Virus record (IMG/VR): IMGVR_UViG_3300014047_000002 | Coordinates: 35,129 to 99,128 of that record | Length of the DNA stretch: 64,000 nt | Reading direction: 5' to 3' (one strand) | Source of the DNA: a virus | Taxonomy: Duplodnaviria > Caudoviricetes | Shown: piece by piece, positions 45,834 through 61,500 of the stretch | Numbering within the stretch: the first letter of the stretch is position 1 | Layout: every line of letters begins with the position of its first letter | The notes under the pieces: generated by a model | Databases searched by the model: none | What the model saw: only the letters and a program-made list of their open reading frames with translations | What the model was told of the DNA's origin: nothing | Made by a program: the position numbers and the translations under genes

Positions 45834-47738
45834 ATGAATACAGCAAAAACTTTACAATTATTAGATGTTCAGAGTAATAATATATCACCTGCAACAAACA
45901 TTGAATCTATATATTATGAAGTAATGGATGGTGGTGTTATATATAGAAATTCTATATATAGACACTTTCCTATTTATGTAAATTATAACAATAATATAGA
46001 TGAACCATATAAAGTAAAAAAAGGTGATTATAGTTCAGATTCTAAAGAAATAATAGTATTAACTCCAAATAATGAAGAAGACCTTTCTAATATTATAAAT
46101 GCATCTACATCAACATTTAGATTAACTGCTGGACAAAATAAAAATGATATACTTTTATCATCTATATAGCAAACCCATTTAAAAAATACACGCTATTATA
46201 AACTTGATGTTACTACTTATAATTTTTCTGATATAATGAGTTTATATGCACCAAAATTATGGGTTAGTAATAAATTTAATAGTATTGATAACAGTATTAA
46301 TAATATTAAATATGATTCTTCTATAATATCCCTTTATGGTGGTGTTGGAACAGATAGTGCATTTATACGAACTACATCAGATGTAGGTAATTTAGAAAAA
46401 GATGCATCTGGTAATATTTTAAATGGAATGCGTATAAATGATTTATTAGATAAGATATTATTTAAAAAGCAATATCCATATATTTATGATGCAAGTATAT
46501 ATATGGATAAAGTAGAAACAAATGGAAATGTTAATATTAATTTGTCTGCTTTAGATTAGTTTGGTTCTGATGAAAACATTGACTATAAAAATGCAACAGC
46601 TCAATATAATATTTTTAAAAATATTGGAAAAATAAAAATTGTATATCAATAGGATGTAAATAGTATTGTAAATGATATAAATTCTGCATTACTTATTACT
46701 ATTAAAGATGAAAATGGTAATCCAGAAATTGAAAATATTGAAAAAAGTATTTCATTAGATGATTGTTATTTAGTCTATGAAAATAAATTAGCTGATATAT
46801 CAAATGGCATGCCAGATAAAACACCAACAATTGATAATGATTGGAAAACATTTGAAGATAAAATTATACGTTTAATTAAAGATACTTTCAAAGATTATAT
46901 ATCTGAAACATATTTTAATAGTATAAATTGGGTATCTGATGTTATTTCAAAAATGTATAAAGGCGACTATCCACAAAATTACAAAGATAAACAAGATTTA
47001 ATTGATCCAGAACATCCATATGAAAAAACAGAATTTAGAAAAATGTTAGATCATATATTTGGTGAAGAAATATTTAGAAATTCATATTTTAAAATAATAA
47101 AAAATATAGTTTCAATTAGTTCTAGTTCAATTGCATATGATTCAAATTCTGCAGAATATAAAACTAATTATGGAACTCCAATAAAAGATATAAAAGAAGA
47201 ATTTTTGCCAAATGTATATTGTAATTATTAGTTACCATATAATGATTATTATCATTCATATGACACTATTAAATTAAAACCTTGGGAGCATGCAGGTTAT
47301 ACAGTTATATCTGAGTCTGGGGATATACCATTATTTCATAAATTTAACTTATATATGCCTATAGTAATAAATACTAAAAAATATTATGTAACTGGTATAA
47401 AAGAACAATATATTGAACATATTCAAAATACAGCTCAAGATACAATAATTTATATTCCAAAAACTATAGATAATTCTGATATAGAAAATAATATAAATTT
47501 ACCAGAATTATATGCTATAAGTCAAGGTGGTATATTTATGCCGGCTAATAATTGGGTAATATCTTCTATAAATGATACAGAAACTTTTGATGAAGGCACA
47601 TTAAATATATTTAATATATATGTTATTAAAGCCCAAAAATCATATGATAATAATATAATAGGTAGTATACGTACTATAAAAATAAAGATACATACTACTA
47701 TAGGTATAATAAAATCAGAAAATATTATAAAAATATAA
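45834..47738 (+). CDS. putative tail-associated protein, 634 aa
   Basis: Four fragments in frame; precedes tail fibre. Confidence 0.7.
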
Positions 47739-47749
47739 AAATACTAACA

Positions 47750-50470
47750 ATGTCTAATATAGAAAGAAATTTTGTTTAGGATAATGGGACAGTAAAAGAA
47801 AATATTTCATATAATCCAAAATATTATGTAACTGGTGATAATACTGAAGATTATCGCCGTATTGGAGATATTCCGGTAAGTGGTAATTATGAGCCTAATA
47901 TGCCATATCCATTAGATGCACGTACATTGGTTCCAAAAGTTGAGTATCTTACTGATTCAAATTGGTGGCGTACTGCTTTTGGTATAGATACTGTTTTATA
48001 TAAAGGCATGTTAGTAACATGTATAGATACACATCAAACTTATATTTATGATGGTGAAACAAAAAATATAAGATAGGGTGAATAGATATATGCAACAGAT
48101 TGGAAATGTCAGAGAATAGATAAATCATTGGTAAATTGGCCTATTGATGAAGATGAAAATGAAAAAATCCGTATTGGTGCTGATGTAATAAATCTTTTTG
48201 ATTCATCAAAAGGCTTATATATTACTAATAGTAGTACTTTAAAAGGTCCATCATTTTATATTTCAGATAAGTTTATTTCTTTTGGTAAAAATTCATCTGA
48301 TAATGATAATAATATATATCCATTTGTACCATATGATCTTATTGATGAAAGTAATTATGAAAATTTAAAAAATGATTATTATACTACACAAACTGGTATT
48401 TTTATACCTACAGCAGATATTAATAAAGAAAAACCATTAACTATATATTCTAATAGAGGTATTAATATTGCAAATTATCAAGGAATACTTTCTAATCAAA
48501 TAGAATTTTTAGGGGATGGATATTTAAAAATTTTTGCTCGTAATAATTTAAATTTAAATACTTCTGCTAATTTAAATGTAAATACTGATGCATCATTACA
48601 CTTAAATGTTTCTAAGGATTTAGAAGCAAATATTGATAATAATATAGCAATAAATGCTAATACAGCTGATATTAAATTTTCTGGAAATTATTCTAAAGAA
48701 ACTTCTGCATATTTATTAAATTCTAGTACGTTTACATTAATTACTGATAGTGCTAGTGATATAAATGTAAGTACTAATCAAGTATATGTAAAGTATGCTT
48801 CCGGAGTAAAAATATTTGGTAATAGCGATAATAAAAGTATTATTGACGTTCAACAAACAAATATAGAAGCAAAATCAAAAAATGTAAATATTGATGCATC
48901 TGTTATTAAATTATCTATAAATAATAAACTTACAAATAATAATAGAATAATTTTAAATGATAGTAGTTTAAAAGTATTTGCAAATAAAACATAGATAGAG
49001 TCTGGTGACGAATTTTCTGCTAATTCTAATAAATTTGAATTTCATGTAGGAAGTGGTTCAAACTATGCAAAGATTGATAGCAGCTTAAATGCGATAATAT
49101 TACATACAAATATAAATGGAGATCATACAGGAATAGAATTAAATAGAGTAGTTAAAAGCATTGATATTTCTGCTAATATAATAAATTTAGAGAGTGTTAT
49201 TAATCATATAAAAGCTAATGATTTTTATATTGAATCTACTGATAATAATAGATTATTAGAAATAAATTCAACTGATAATATTATTGAAATTGGTAAAAAA
49301 ATTGGTAATAAGTATACAGATATATCAATAAATGGGTTAACTCTACCACATGCATAGGGTCAAGCCGGTGTATTACAACTTGTAAATGATAAAAATGGTA
49401 CTGAATTACGTTGGAGTAAAGATATAGGTGTTCATCATGCAGAAGTTACTGTAGGTGAAGTTTATGGGGTTGCTCATATTGATTGGCCTCTCGTTGATGG
49501 TGCGCCAAATGAAAACTGGGTTGAAACACTCATTATAAGTATATCTTATAATAGTAATTCTGAAATATTTGCTATAAAAATATATTATAGTGATAAAGGA
49601 TATACTGCTGATATATAGCGTTTATCACATTTTTCCAATAATGAAGGTATAAAAAATCATGATATAATTATAAGGGATGAAAAAAATATTATTTATATTT
49701 GTGTAAAAGCTTTAAGTACTCAATTAGCATGGAATGGACTTGCATATTCATCAAATTGTACTATTCATGAAACTGCTACATAGTCACTGAAAAATACAAA
49801 TATACATATAGTTTCACCTTATTTAAAAAGAGAAGTAATATATAATCCTAGTGTAGGATCAATTGAATGGGATAGAAATTCTCATGATTCTCTTATTATA
49901 CCATGGCCAATTACTAAAGATCCAAGTACTGGTAAACCTAATATTGAGCCTAATTAGGCAGGATTCTTGAAATTTACCCGTAAAGCAACTGGTGAAGTAG
50001 GTACATTAACATGGAGTCCTTTAGATAATCAATTAAAGGATATTGCTAATAATGATGCAGGTACAAAAGTTTTCATTGTTGGTACAGAACGTACAGGTGC
50101 AGCAGTATCAACATGTAATGAATTCTATAATAATATTCGTGTTTATATTGACCAATATTGTAATATTTTTGCAACAGCATTCTATGCAACATCTGATGAA
50201 AGAAAGAAAAAAGATATTAAAGAAATAGAGTTTAATGATGCATCTATTTTAATACCAAAAGAATATAGATTTAAAGATAGTGATAAGAAAGCATATGGTT
50301 TTATTGCACAAGAAGTAGAGAAAGCAGGATATACTGATATTGTAAATACAGATGAAGAAACTGGAGATAAAACTCTTGATTATAATTCAGCATTTGCAAT
50401 AGCGTTAGCATAGATGCAAGCAAAGATAAAACAATTAGAAGATGAAATAAAAGAATTAAAAAATAAATGA
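47750..50470 (+). CDS. tail fibre/spike with C-terminal intramolecular chaperone (peptidase S74-like), 906 aa
   Basis: Beta-rich shaft; TSDERKKKDIKEI..YGFIAQEVE..LDYNS + coiled coil. Confidence 0.85.
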
Positions 50471-50475
50471 TAATT

Positions 50476-50509
50476 AAAGTGATACTTAAATTTTAGGTAT
50501 CACTTTTTT
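50476..50509 (+). terminator. intrinsic terminator
   Basis: AAAGTGATACTTAA/TTAGGTATCACTTT + T-run. Confidence 0.7.
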
Positions 50510-50540
50510 AATAATAAATAATATAAATCATTTTTATATA

Positions 50541-53192
50541 ATGGCATTAACTGCACAAATATCAATAGATGGACAACCTATAACTGTTATTAATCCACAT
50601 TATCCTATTAATGGCCGTATGTGTACATTGGAAGATTTATTTGTAGAATATAACCAATTAAATCTTCTGAATCACTCATACCGTTTATTAGAGCCGGAAA
50701 AAGATTTATGTCCGTCTGTTAAAGACATATATGATGATAATGTAAAAGTATATTATATAGAAGAAGGCATATATCAAGAATTTTTAAAAGAGGATGCTAG
50801 TATATATTTCTATAATTACTAGAAATCTGTAGATGTCTCTGTACCTGATGTTACAACAGAAGGAAACAGTGATATTTATACATGTAATATAAATGGTTTA
50901 CCTGGAAGTAGTACAATTGTTGGTCAAGATGGTGCAAGTACATCAGATGATAAGTACCGAGAAACTATTGCAGAAGTATATAAACAGTTTTCACATGTTG
51001 GAAAATATGATCAATATCCATCTAAATATGCAAATTATTGGGCAATATATATGAGGGATGATTTATTTTCTTCATATATACAAAACAGGATGTATGAATA
51101 TTTTGATTAGGATGTTGTTACTGAAGATGATTCTGAAAATATATTACTTAATATATTAGCTACAAAAATAAGAGAAGAACAAAAAGCATTAGGTAAAGAT
51201 GTATTCTTAAAAGAATTAAAATTTAATAGTACAATGTGGTCAAATGTTGGTACTATATTAGTGGAATTCTTTGAGGAGGTATTCTTAAATCTTACATATA
51301 AAAATGAATTTGTATTTTATTCAGAAAACACAAAAGCAACAGGTATTAAAGCATTAAATATAATTACAGAATATTGGCAGAAAATTGATCCATCATTTAA
51401 ACCCGATTAGTCTAAATGCAGATATAAATTTCAAATTTCATAGGATGTGAATGGCTATTATATTAAAACAACTTCCCCAATATAGGTAAAGAAATATTTA
51501 GCGAGAAAAATAGTAGATATGGATATAAATGGAAATAAAACAGAATACATAAAATATATCCATATGGATGATATTGAAGATATGGCATTATAGCTTATGC
51601 ACTGGATTCAAAAGAATTTTATATACTTGCCATACCATATTCCTAATATTGGTGTTAATACCCGTGGAACATAGTAGATTTATGAAATATATAATAAAGA
51701 AGATGGTGAAGAAAAACGAGAATTTCATAGTTTACAAAAATACGCAGATAATAGGTATAAAGAGGGTATTGAACATCGTTTAACTGATGATAGCCCATAT
51801 CCAAAAGATGTATGGTCAAATTATAAAAAGAATGAAACCAATAGTTTAGTAAGAATGTGTGATATATAGCCAGGATTTATTGTATTTAGTGATGATGCAA
51901 ATGACTATACAGAAAATTCTAGTATTTCTACAAATAAATCTAATACTGCATTTTTATATAATCAAACAAATACTGCATATTTAAATAATTATGCATTATC
52001 ACCAGAAAATTATATAACAGTAAATGCAGAATTTGATGAAAAATATTATACATATCTTTGTGCAGTTGATATAGGAGATAATGATAAAGATATATTGAAA
52101 GTTACTGTTCCTAATAATGTAAAATATGTTATGTAGAAGACATTTTATGAAAAAGGTGGAGTAAGTCGTCCAATATATAATATAGCATTTATGCCATCAA
52201 AAACTAATACAACTGGCAATATTATAACATATAATGCATCTATATTATAGACATTATCTGGTATAACAAAAACTATTACATTTAAATAGTATCCTACCCA
52301 ATTTATTGTATTTCCAGAATTAAATAGATTAAGTAGTAAATATTATTATGAAATCGAACGTTTTAATATAACGTCGCCTGTAGTAAAAACACGCTTATTA
52401 AATGTAAATAATAACAAATTTACATAGAAAGATATTGATAATAATGAACTTGTTGTTTATATGCATCAATTATATCGATTAATAGATATATTACCGGCAA
52501 ATGAAACAGATCCTAATAAAGTTACAAAAATATTATTAAGAGAATATAGTAGTTCTAGCGAATTTGATGTAGGTGAATATTGGATAGAAAAAACAAACTT
52601 AAATAATGTAAAACGTTTAAATCAATCAATAGGAGATATTTATTATTTAATGTCTTATATGACAGATACATAGGATCTTACAAAGGAAATAACAATGGAA
52701 ATTTCAATATCTGTTTATGATAATAATAAATATAACCAATGGAAATAGGATGGTATATGGACAGATGATGCAGGAAATGAACATACAAAACTTTTGCCAT
52801 TAGAAAAATATGAAGTTGCAAGAGATGATAGTTGTAATATAATTATAAATTTCTATGAAATAGAAAATTATGTAATTAGTAAGGTAGAAGTAAATAAAGA
52901 AAAAGAAGAATTTGTAGTAGATCAACAAGAATCAGATAAACAATTAGTAGCATAGAATAAAAATTCATTACATAAATATGTAGGTGGCAGAACTGATATG
53001 GAAGTTGATACATAGTTTAATACCATGAAGTTCTCAAATACTTCAACTGTTGCTAAAAATGTACAAGTACAATTTGCTACTGGTTATACTTCTTGGATAA
53101 ATGGTAAAAAGATAAGGTTAAAGATTATTCAACATATTGATACAGACTTAGAAGAGCAAAGTACTGATAATGAAGGAGAAAATAATAGTTAA
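50541..53192 (+). CDS. hypothetical virion protein, 883 aa
   Basis: Single frame through TAGs. Confidence 0.7.
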
Positions 53193-53200
53193 TAATTAAA

Positions 53201-55894
53201 ATGGGACATGTAAATAATAATATATATCCAGTAAATGCACGTAGGCTGACAAGTGCAGATTTAATTCCTATTTTTGGATCATTTATAGAAGATGATCGTA
53301 AAAATTAGAAAGAACTCGTATATGCCATAAGAAATGGACATGTACGTATAGATAGTAGTACTATAAATAGTAGTACTTTTTATGAACTTATCCCAACAGA
53401 AGGAATAGATAATAAATTTGTAGTTGCTAATGATATTTCAATATTTAAACCTAATGATAGCTCTTATAATGATGAGCGTGGTGGTATAGACGGAAGCCAA
53501 GAAAATGAGATAAATGGGTATCAATATAATAATTGGAACTTATTAAGATCTAAAGGTAAAGGTAAAATAGAAATGTTGGATCGAAATACTACAGATACAG
53601 ATGATACAGATGTTGTATTATTTCCTGCATTAAATGTTAGTACATATACAGGAACCACTATCCATGGATATACTTATTGGGAAGAAAATTTTAAAGAGGA
53701 AGAAAATACATTAAATAGTTCAATAAATGGATGGAATGGCACTATAAGTGATGCATCTATATCATGGATATGTAATGAGATAAAATCAAATTTATTAAAT
53801 AATAAAATTGCCAATACAGATGCATCAATTTATTATAATAATGAAAATTTTATTAATGATTTTGAACATACTTTAAAAAATATAAGGGCAGAAAAAGACC
53901 CTAATAATACTGGAGAAAATATAAGTGATATAAAAAAAGCATATGTAAATTTTGTAGAACATTTATATACTTCATTAATAGATGATATTGTTACACCTAT
54001 TAATGCATCTATGTTACTTCCTGAATATGAATTTGATGCAGATATATTACCAGATACAAATTTTAGATGTATAAATGGTATATATAGTTATCGTAAATTT
54101 TATTCATATCAATATAATAACTGGTATTATCAACATGTAAATTATTGGTATCGCCCATGGTGGTGGAACTGGAGTTATTATTGGTGGTGGCCTTATAGAT
54201 GGAGACATTGCTATGCATGGTTCTGGCATTCATGGTGGTGGTATTATCGGTATTGCCCATATTATTATGGTACAAGTAATACAAATATAGGAGAAACTGT
54301 TACCATGTGTAATGTATTTAAATATAATAACTATTATCCTGATGAATATATTCCTATAGATCCTCAAAAATATATAGAGAATAATAATATTGGTGATAAT
54401 AGTAGTGCAAATAGTGAAAAATTTAGGAAATATGTAGAATATTTAACATCTACTTATAAATCAAATATATATAAGATTAATTCTTATATAAAAACTGTTA
54501 ATAAAATGGTAGATAAAATTGTTGCTATATGTGATTATATTATATATGACAATGATAATACTATTGTGCAAGGTGCCGATATAAATTATAATATTATATA
54601 TGACAAATATCAACGTATTGATCTTGATGATAATAATCATGCATTATTAGATTCTAGTTTAGGAGATACTACTAATAATAAGTCTTTTCAGGATCTTATA
54701 AATAATGATTTTGGTAATGGATATGATGTAAATACTGGATTAGCACAAGGCGAAAGTTATGAATAGCCAATATCAGAATTTAGTATGGTTAACGGTATAG
54801 ATATTACTCGTATTAAATATAAATTATCAAATAATAAATACAATTATATTAATAAAGCACGTAAACATTTCCCTATAAAACCTATTTACTTATTAATATG
54901 TCCAAAAACATAGAATAATACAAATAAGATTATTAAATATAAAGTAAATCTATATCAATATGGTAATATAACCGATAAAAGTATATTAACATTTATAATG
55001 TATCAAATGCCAAAATTAATTACAGTTAAATTTACATTTAACTGCGGTGGTTATAAGTTAAGAAAAGATACATTTGGTATATTAGGAAATGTAAATAATT
55101 CATCACCATCTAATCCTGCAAATGTAAATATTATTACAAATGCAGAATTTGATGAAGCCGCTGCACGTGATTATCACACAACTGATAAAATGCTACGTAT
55201 TTTATCAGATGAAGGTATAAAAGATGATACATATGTACAAAATAATTTAAATACACCATATAAGTATGGTATTAGGCGATTCTATAATGGTACATCAACT
55301 ATTGAATCTTTTGAAAATTAGTGGTATGACAAAAATAGAGATTTTTCTGGAAAAGGCATATATAATTGGCCAACTTATGAATATGGAGAATTACCAATAT
55401 TAGCATTAAATGATTAGGATCATATTGTTGTATTCTTAAGTTCACTTGCATATGATACGGGTCAAGATGATTATAATAATTTCTTTAACTCAAGTGCATA
55501 TGTTACATTCCAATTATATACAGAGGATTATAGTAGCTATGTTACAGTAACAATGAGCGGACACAAAACATTATTCAAAGGAAATAATATATATGGAGCA
55601 TCAAATAATAATTCAAATCTTCATTGGGGTTCTAATATAACAGGTATAGATTTTAAAGCATATCCTGATGTAAAAAGTGGTGGTACTTATAGAAATAATA
55701 ATGCAAATGTAATGTTCTCGCATTTATATGGCTATCGTATATATTTAAAACACTGGTACACCTTATAGCAAACAAGTACACAGGAAATTGCAGTAAATGG
55801 AAAACGTTTGAAAGTGACATTTGTATGGACAGTTTTACCAGTAGCCGGTAATAAACCGGATAGTAGCCCATTCTGGTTAACAGGTAAACCATAA
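53201..55894 (+). CDS. hypothetical virion protein with Trp/Tyr-rich insert, 897 aa
   Basis: Three fragments in frame. Confidence 0.75.
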
Positions 55895-55932
55895 ATTATC
55901 ATAAATATTATATAAATTAAATACATCATAAA

Positions 55933-57858
55933 ATGGCATTAAATGATTATAAAGAATTAAAAATATTTCACCTTAATAGAATTCGATATGAAGAATTATG
56001 GCAAGACTGTGTATCTTATATAAGATAGACATATAATGCTATTAATCAAGATTTTAATACAGCTTCTCCTTTTGCTCAACTACTTTCTGTATTATTGCAT
56101 TTAGGACGTATGATATTCTATTATATAGAAGATTCTATTACAGGATTAAATATCAGAACAGCATATCGTCCTGATCAAATTAAAGGTTTAGCTATGCTTG
56201 CGGGGCATGATGCAAGTCGTACTATTTCTGCACGTGGTGCTATTAAAATAATGTTCTTTGATAAAGGTGATGAATCATTAAATGGTAATATTTGTTATAT
56301 TCCTAATAAAACACAGATTAAATCAAAATTAAATGGTTGTACATATACAATATTATTAAATCAGGATAGTGCAAAAATTACTATGTAGGCAGGTAATTAT
56401 CTTGAGGGTACAATTATACAAGGAGAGATAAAAACGCAGGCAGCAACTGGTACAGGTGTTACATTACAGTCATATAATTTTGCAGAACGTAATTATGCAG
56501 AAATTGATTAGTATTATGTAAACATTTATGTAAATGGAGAACAATGGGAAATTGTGCAGTCATTATTAGATTTAGGATATAATCAAAAAGGATGTGTTGT
56601 TCATACTGGCTTAACTGGAGGTATTGATGTATTCTTTGGCAATACTGATATGGGTATGTGCCCACCAAATGGTTCTACTATTATTGCTGAATATGTAGTT
56701 TCTGATGGTCCTATTGCTAATTTATATAAAGATGAAATTAATTCTAATGAATATTGGGAAATTGAAGGTGATGGTTTTATGCCAGATGGTACACATGTAA
56801 CACTTAATGATAACTTCAAGATTATTTCTACAACAGATGTTATATTTGGTACAGCTTCTGAGAATACGGCATTAACACAATTGATAGCTCCACATGTTTC
56901 TAGATCTTATGTATTGGCAAATGAAACAAATTACCGTTATTTCTTCAAGAGAATGAATATGTTCTCTGATGTAGAAATTATACAAGGCTCATCATTACAG
57001 TCAGGTGTTTCTATGTTATAGCTTGCATATGATCAAGCAAATAAAAATTATCAGGATTTATTAGATCTTTATAATGAGACATTATCACAATATGGTGATA
57101 CTTCTGAAGAAGCAACAGATGCATTAGCTGCTGTACAGAATGCAGAAAAGATAAAGAACTATGCATATCAGAAATTAGAAACAAATAGTTACAGAGATAA
57201 TACTATCTTTATTTTCTTAATTCCTGATATTACAAAGAGAATTTCTTCTGCATAGAATTATTTCAGTTGTGATGAATCTTTATTTACATTATCAGAAGAT
57301 GAACAGATTAATATAATCAATCTTATTAATGCTTCTGGCCAACGTATTATAACAGTAGAGAATAGAATACTTGAGCCAAAAATTGCAAGATTTGCTGTTA
57401 ATGTATATGCAAAAGTATGGGAAGGCGTAGATGAATAGGATGTTTATACTTCTGGATTAAAAGCATTATCTGATTACTTACTTAATTTCTCAAGAAAAGA
57501 CATGCTTCCACTATCTGATATTATTTCTATCTTTGAAAACAATGTAACAGGTATAGACTCTGTTAAAGTTTCATTTGATGCTGATGTAAATAATCAAACA
57601 GTTTATGGAGAAAACGGATATTATGGTTTAGATGATTTTGGCGATATAATGCTTACAAGAAATTATATTGATAATAATGGACGTCAAAAAACTATACGTG
57701 ATATATTACCATTAATACGTGGCGGATTTACTTCTCCAGAAGGGGTTGAATATTCTGCACAGCAATCAAAAGATTACAATTCTGCATACAATCTTATTAT
57801 AACAGGTTATTCTACTAATAGGAGGAGAACATTAGAAAATTATACTGCATTGACATGA
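55933..57858 (+). CDS. baseplate wedge protein (T4 gp6-like), 641 aa
   Basis: SPFAQLLSV..YYIEDS..NIRTA..IKGLAMLAGH.ASR.ISA; VFFGN..G.CP; adjacent to gp25-like gene. Confidence 0.75.
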
Positions 57859-58226
57859 TAAAAGAAATATACACTATATTAACAAGTGACAGAAATTATA
57901 AATTGCAATTAGATACAAATGATGAAATTGTAAAAATATTGCAATAGATACGTATGGTATTAGGTACAAGGCCTGGTGAAGTGTTGGGTGATATTAATTT
58001 TGGATTAAACTTGAATCAATATTTGTTTAATCTTAGTTATAATCAATCAGAAATCAGAGAACTTGTTAATAATGCTGTTCTTACACGTATTTCTTATGAT
58101 TCAACTAAATATACAGTAAGTGTAGATGTAAAATTTGGGTAGGACCATTATAATCATTCAGACTATGCACTTATAGATATAATAATAAATCAAAAACGGT
58201 GTTTAGGTATTGTGGTAACACAATAA
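57855..58226 (+). CDS. baseplate wedge gp25-like protein, 123 aa
   Basis: ILQ*IRMVLGTRPGEVLGDINFGLNLNQYLF motif. Confidence 0.8.
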
Positions 58227-58231
58227 TAAAT

Positions 58232-58264
58232 AAAGTTGAATGTAAAAATGCATTCAACTTTTTT
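58232..58264 (+). terminator. intrinsic terminator
   Basis: AAAGTTGAATGT/GCATTCAACTTT + T-run. Confidence 0.7.
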
Positions 58265-58297
58265 CATACATAAATATAATAAATCTATCATAAATAC

Positions 58298-58552
58298 ATG
58301 CCAAAATTAAAGAATGTTGCATCATTTCATGAAGAACAAGATCATATATTCGATAACTATACAAATTTGGGTTATCAGTATGAGCACAATCTTTTAAATA
58401 AAGTAGTGTCAACAGAAATGTTTGCCAATAAACTCAACGATATTCCTATGAGACAAATTGAACGCCTTGTAGAGCGATTAGTTAATGAAGTTAAACAGAT
58501 AAAACTCCATTATGCTATTGCATTACCAAAAAATTCCAAATTGATAAATTAA
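58298..58552 (+). CDS. hypothetical protein
   Basis: ATAAATA upstream; 84 aa. Confidence 0.75.
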   Translation: MPKLKNVASFHEEQDHIFDNYTNLGYQYEHNLLNKVVSTEMFANKLNDIPMRQIERLVERLVNEVKQIKLHYAIALPKNSKLIN

Positions 58553-58555
58553 TCT

Positions 58556-61500
58556 ATGAATACTATATTGAATTTAACAAATTTAAAATTCTTCAATGAT
58601 AATGGCCAAGAATTACACTCTGAAAAAGATTATGTAATTCAATGGAAATTATTACCATGTGACAAGGTATCAAAATATTTTCAGGATACTATAAACGGTT
58701 ATTTTTTGGCGGATATTAAATATATTGATGGAGAAGAAATTCCTGTAATAGATTACACTACTATTGTTACAGGTTTTATAAATAATGGCGGCATTTTCAT
58801 TGATAGTGATTATAAAGATATATTAACAGATTATACAGAAAAAACAGTAAATTCATATATTAAAGAAATATTCTTTAATATTAATAATGATATAGAATTA
58901 TCAATAACTGTAGAAGGTAAAGTATATAAGTATATAACAAATGTAAACTATATTTTTGATTAGAATAAATTTACTTTGAATTCTAATAATCATATTGTTT
59001 CTAAAGGTGAAAATGCAACTTCTGGTGATGTTGCTTCAGAAATAAGCAATATAAATGATGAATACTATGAATTATTGAGTATTGAAAGTATTGGATTACA
59101 ATATGTATTGGATGATGATAAAGAGCCTACAGATACTCCAATATTGTATTATCTATACTTATCAAAAATTAATAATTTAGCTACTTTATATCCATTTGTG
59201 CATTATCAGATTTCCTATACATAGGATAAAGTATCTGCCGGATTTATTGCTGCCAATGCATTATTAATATTATAGAAAACTGGTAATAATTATCATTCTG
59301 CCTATTTAGATCCATCAGCAGAACATTCTATTATTACGTTTTTACCTGCAGATGATTCAGAAATAAAAATATTTGAATCTGACAACTATGAGATAAAGTA
59401 TAAAGGAGAAGAATCCTATGACTTATGTGATAATACTGCAAGTACAGTAGAACCTATTGTAATAAATTTCTGCTTTCAAGCTGATGAAGAAGGTGCATAT
59501 CAGAATTTTATGGGTATGTATATTCGTACTAAACATGAACCGCAGCATACATTCTTCTTCGGTGCAATTATTATAAAAACTGAAGTAGAGGGAGAGGATG
59601 AACGTTTTAGAACATTGCTAACAAATTTTGGCATTCCTGATCCAAAATATTATCCTAATATTTTTGCAGAAGCTGATTATGAAGAAGAGTCTACTGATTA
59701 TACACTTATTAATAATAAATCAAAAGAATTGTTTTTAAGTTATGATCAGATATTCCCATATGTCGGCACCTATAAGGCATTAAAAAATGCAATAAAATTC
59801 TTAGGATATAATGATATAATTTTTAAAGAATGGTATCGTATTCAGGACTCTAATGATCAGGAAAGAGATGTGGCAGTTCAATGTATTGATACAGATGGAA
59901 ATTATATTAAGAATACGTTAGATAATTATGGAATTTCATTAGAAGATTTTGAGCGTTATAATAAGTTGAATAAACTTACTATGATTTACCATATAAACAA
60001 AATTGCTGATGATAATGAAGATCCATAGACTTTATATCTTATGCAAAAAAATGAGTTAACAGGATTAATAGAAAATACCGGCCAAATTACAAAGAATCCT
60101 GTTAATACATATAATACATATAAAGTTATTCGTGATGGTGAATTATAGGAATCTACCTATTTTGACACATATGATATTCCTACTACTGAACCTATATTTA
60201 CCTATTCAACAGAAGTTGTATTAGCAAAATTAAATTCTGTTAAAGAGTGGTTAGAAAAACACATAATTGGAGTAAATGCTTATATACAGGAAATTACTGG
60301 AGAGGGAATTTATATACATAGATTCAAAAATCAAGCGTATATTACTGAGCATAGTATATAGGATTTCCAATCACAAGGTATATATACACCAAATATAAAG
60401 TAGTTAACTGATTTTACCTTTTCTGAAGCAACATTAGGATGTTCATTAAATGAATATAAAACATTAACATTTGATGATTATCAAAATGTTGTTATAGAAG
60501 ATTTCGATTTCAGAGAAATTCCTTTAGTAGATAGCCAAATAGAAAATATAGATGTTTCTGTATTAAAATTAGGAAATAGTTTTGAGGCACCGGTTTTAGG
60601 AAATGAATATAGTTTCAAATTAGATATAACTCCTGAATCAGGTACATTAAATGAATTTACTTATTCTCCTTCTATTAATGCATATATTGCAGATGGGGAA
60701 ATTGATATATTAAAAGATACAGTTTCTAAAAGTATCAGTAATGATGATAATATCAACACTGTTATATTTAATCATGGATATAATATTACTATTGAAATAG
60801 AAGTTGGTAATATTAGAAGATGCTTTGGTAAATGGAATGATAATATTCAATGGATGATAAGAGAAGCTATTGATTAGACTACCGGAGATACTTATTATGA
60901 ATTGAGTAATATTGGTAGTAAAGCTACGGCTGCTCATATTTTACGTAGTAAAAAATATATATCAATGTGCAAGAATCCAGATATACATACAAATCCGAAT
61001 TCTATAAACATTAACACAATGTTCTTTAAATATACATCATAGAATAAATGGAATCTTCCGATGTTCATATTTAAGAACTTTATATTTAATCCATTATTAG
61101 ATGGCCTCACAGAGGATGAAAAAGACATATATAATATTAACAGTGAAGATGAATATATATTAGAAATTGTTAAAGGACGTATAATATTTAGCGGCTATAT
61201 TATAAACAATGAAAATAGTACAACAGATATAGAACATATTGCAACAATAGAATTTAATGATAATGTTAATTCTGGAGAATAGGAAATTAATATAAAATAT
61301 GAATATGTTACATTACCTGTAACTATTGTACACTCATCTGCTAATTTAAATATTATTAGTGAAATTGCATCATAGATAACAAATAATGGTGCTCCTCAAA
61401 TATCACCAAGTGCATTAAACAATAAATTATTAAATAGTTTGAATATATTAAAAGACAGTGATAATGAAGAAGCATTAAGGGATTATACAAATTATAAAAA

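Noticed and set aside
54113-54271. Diversity-generating retroelement variable region
   Set aside because: No template repeat or reverse transcriptase in the window; the segment is internal and Trp-rich rather than showing adenine-specific variation.
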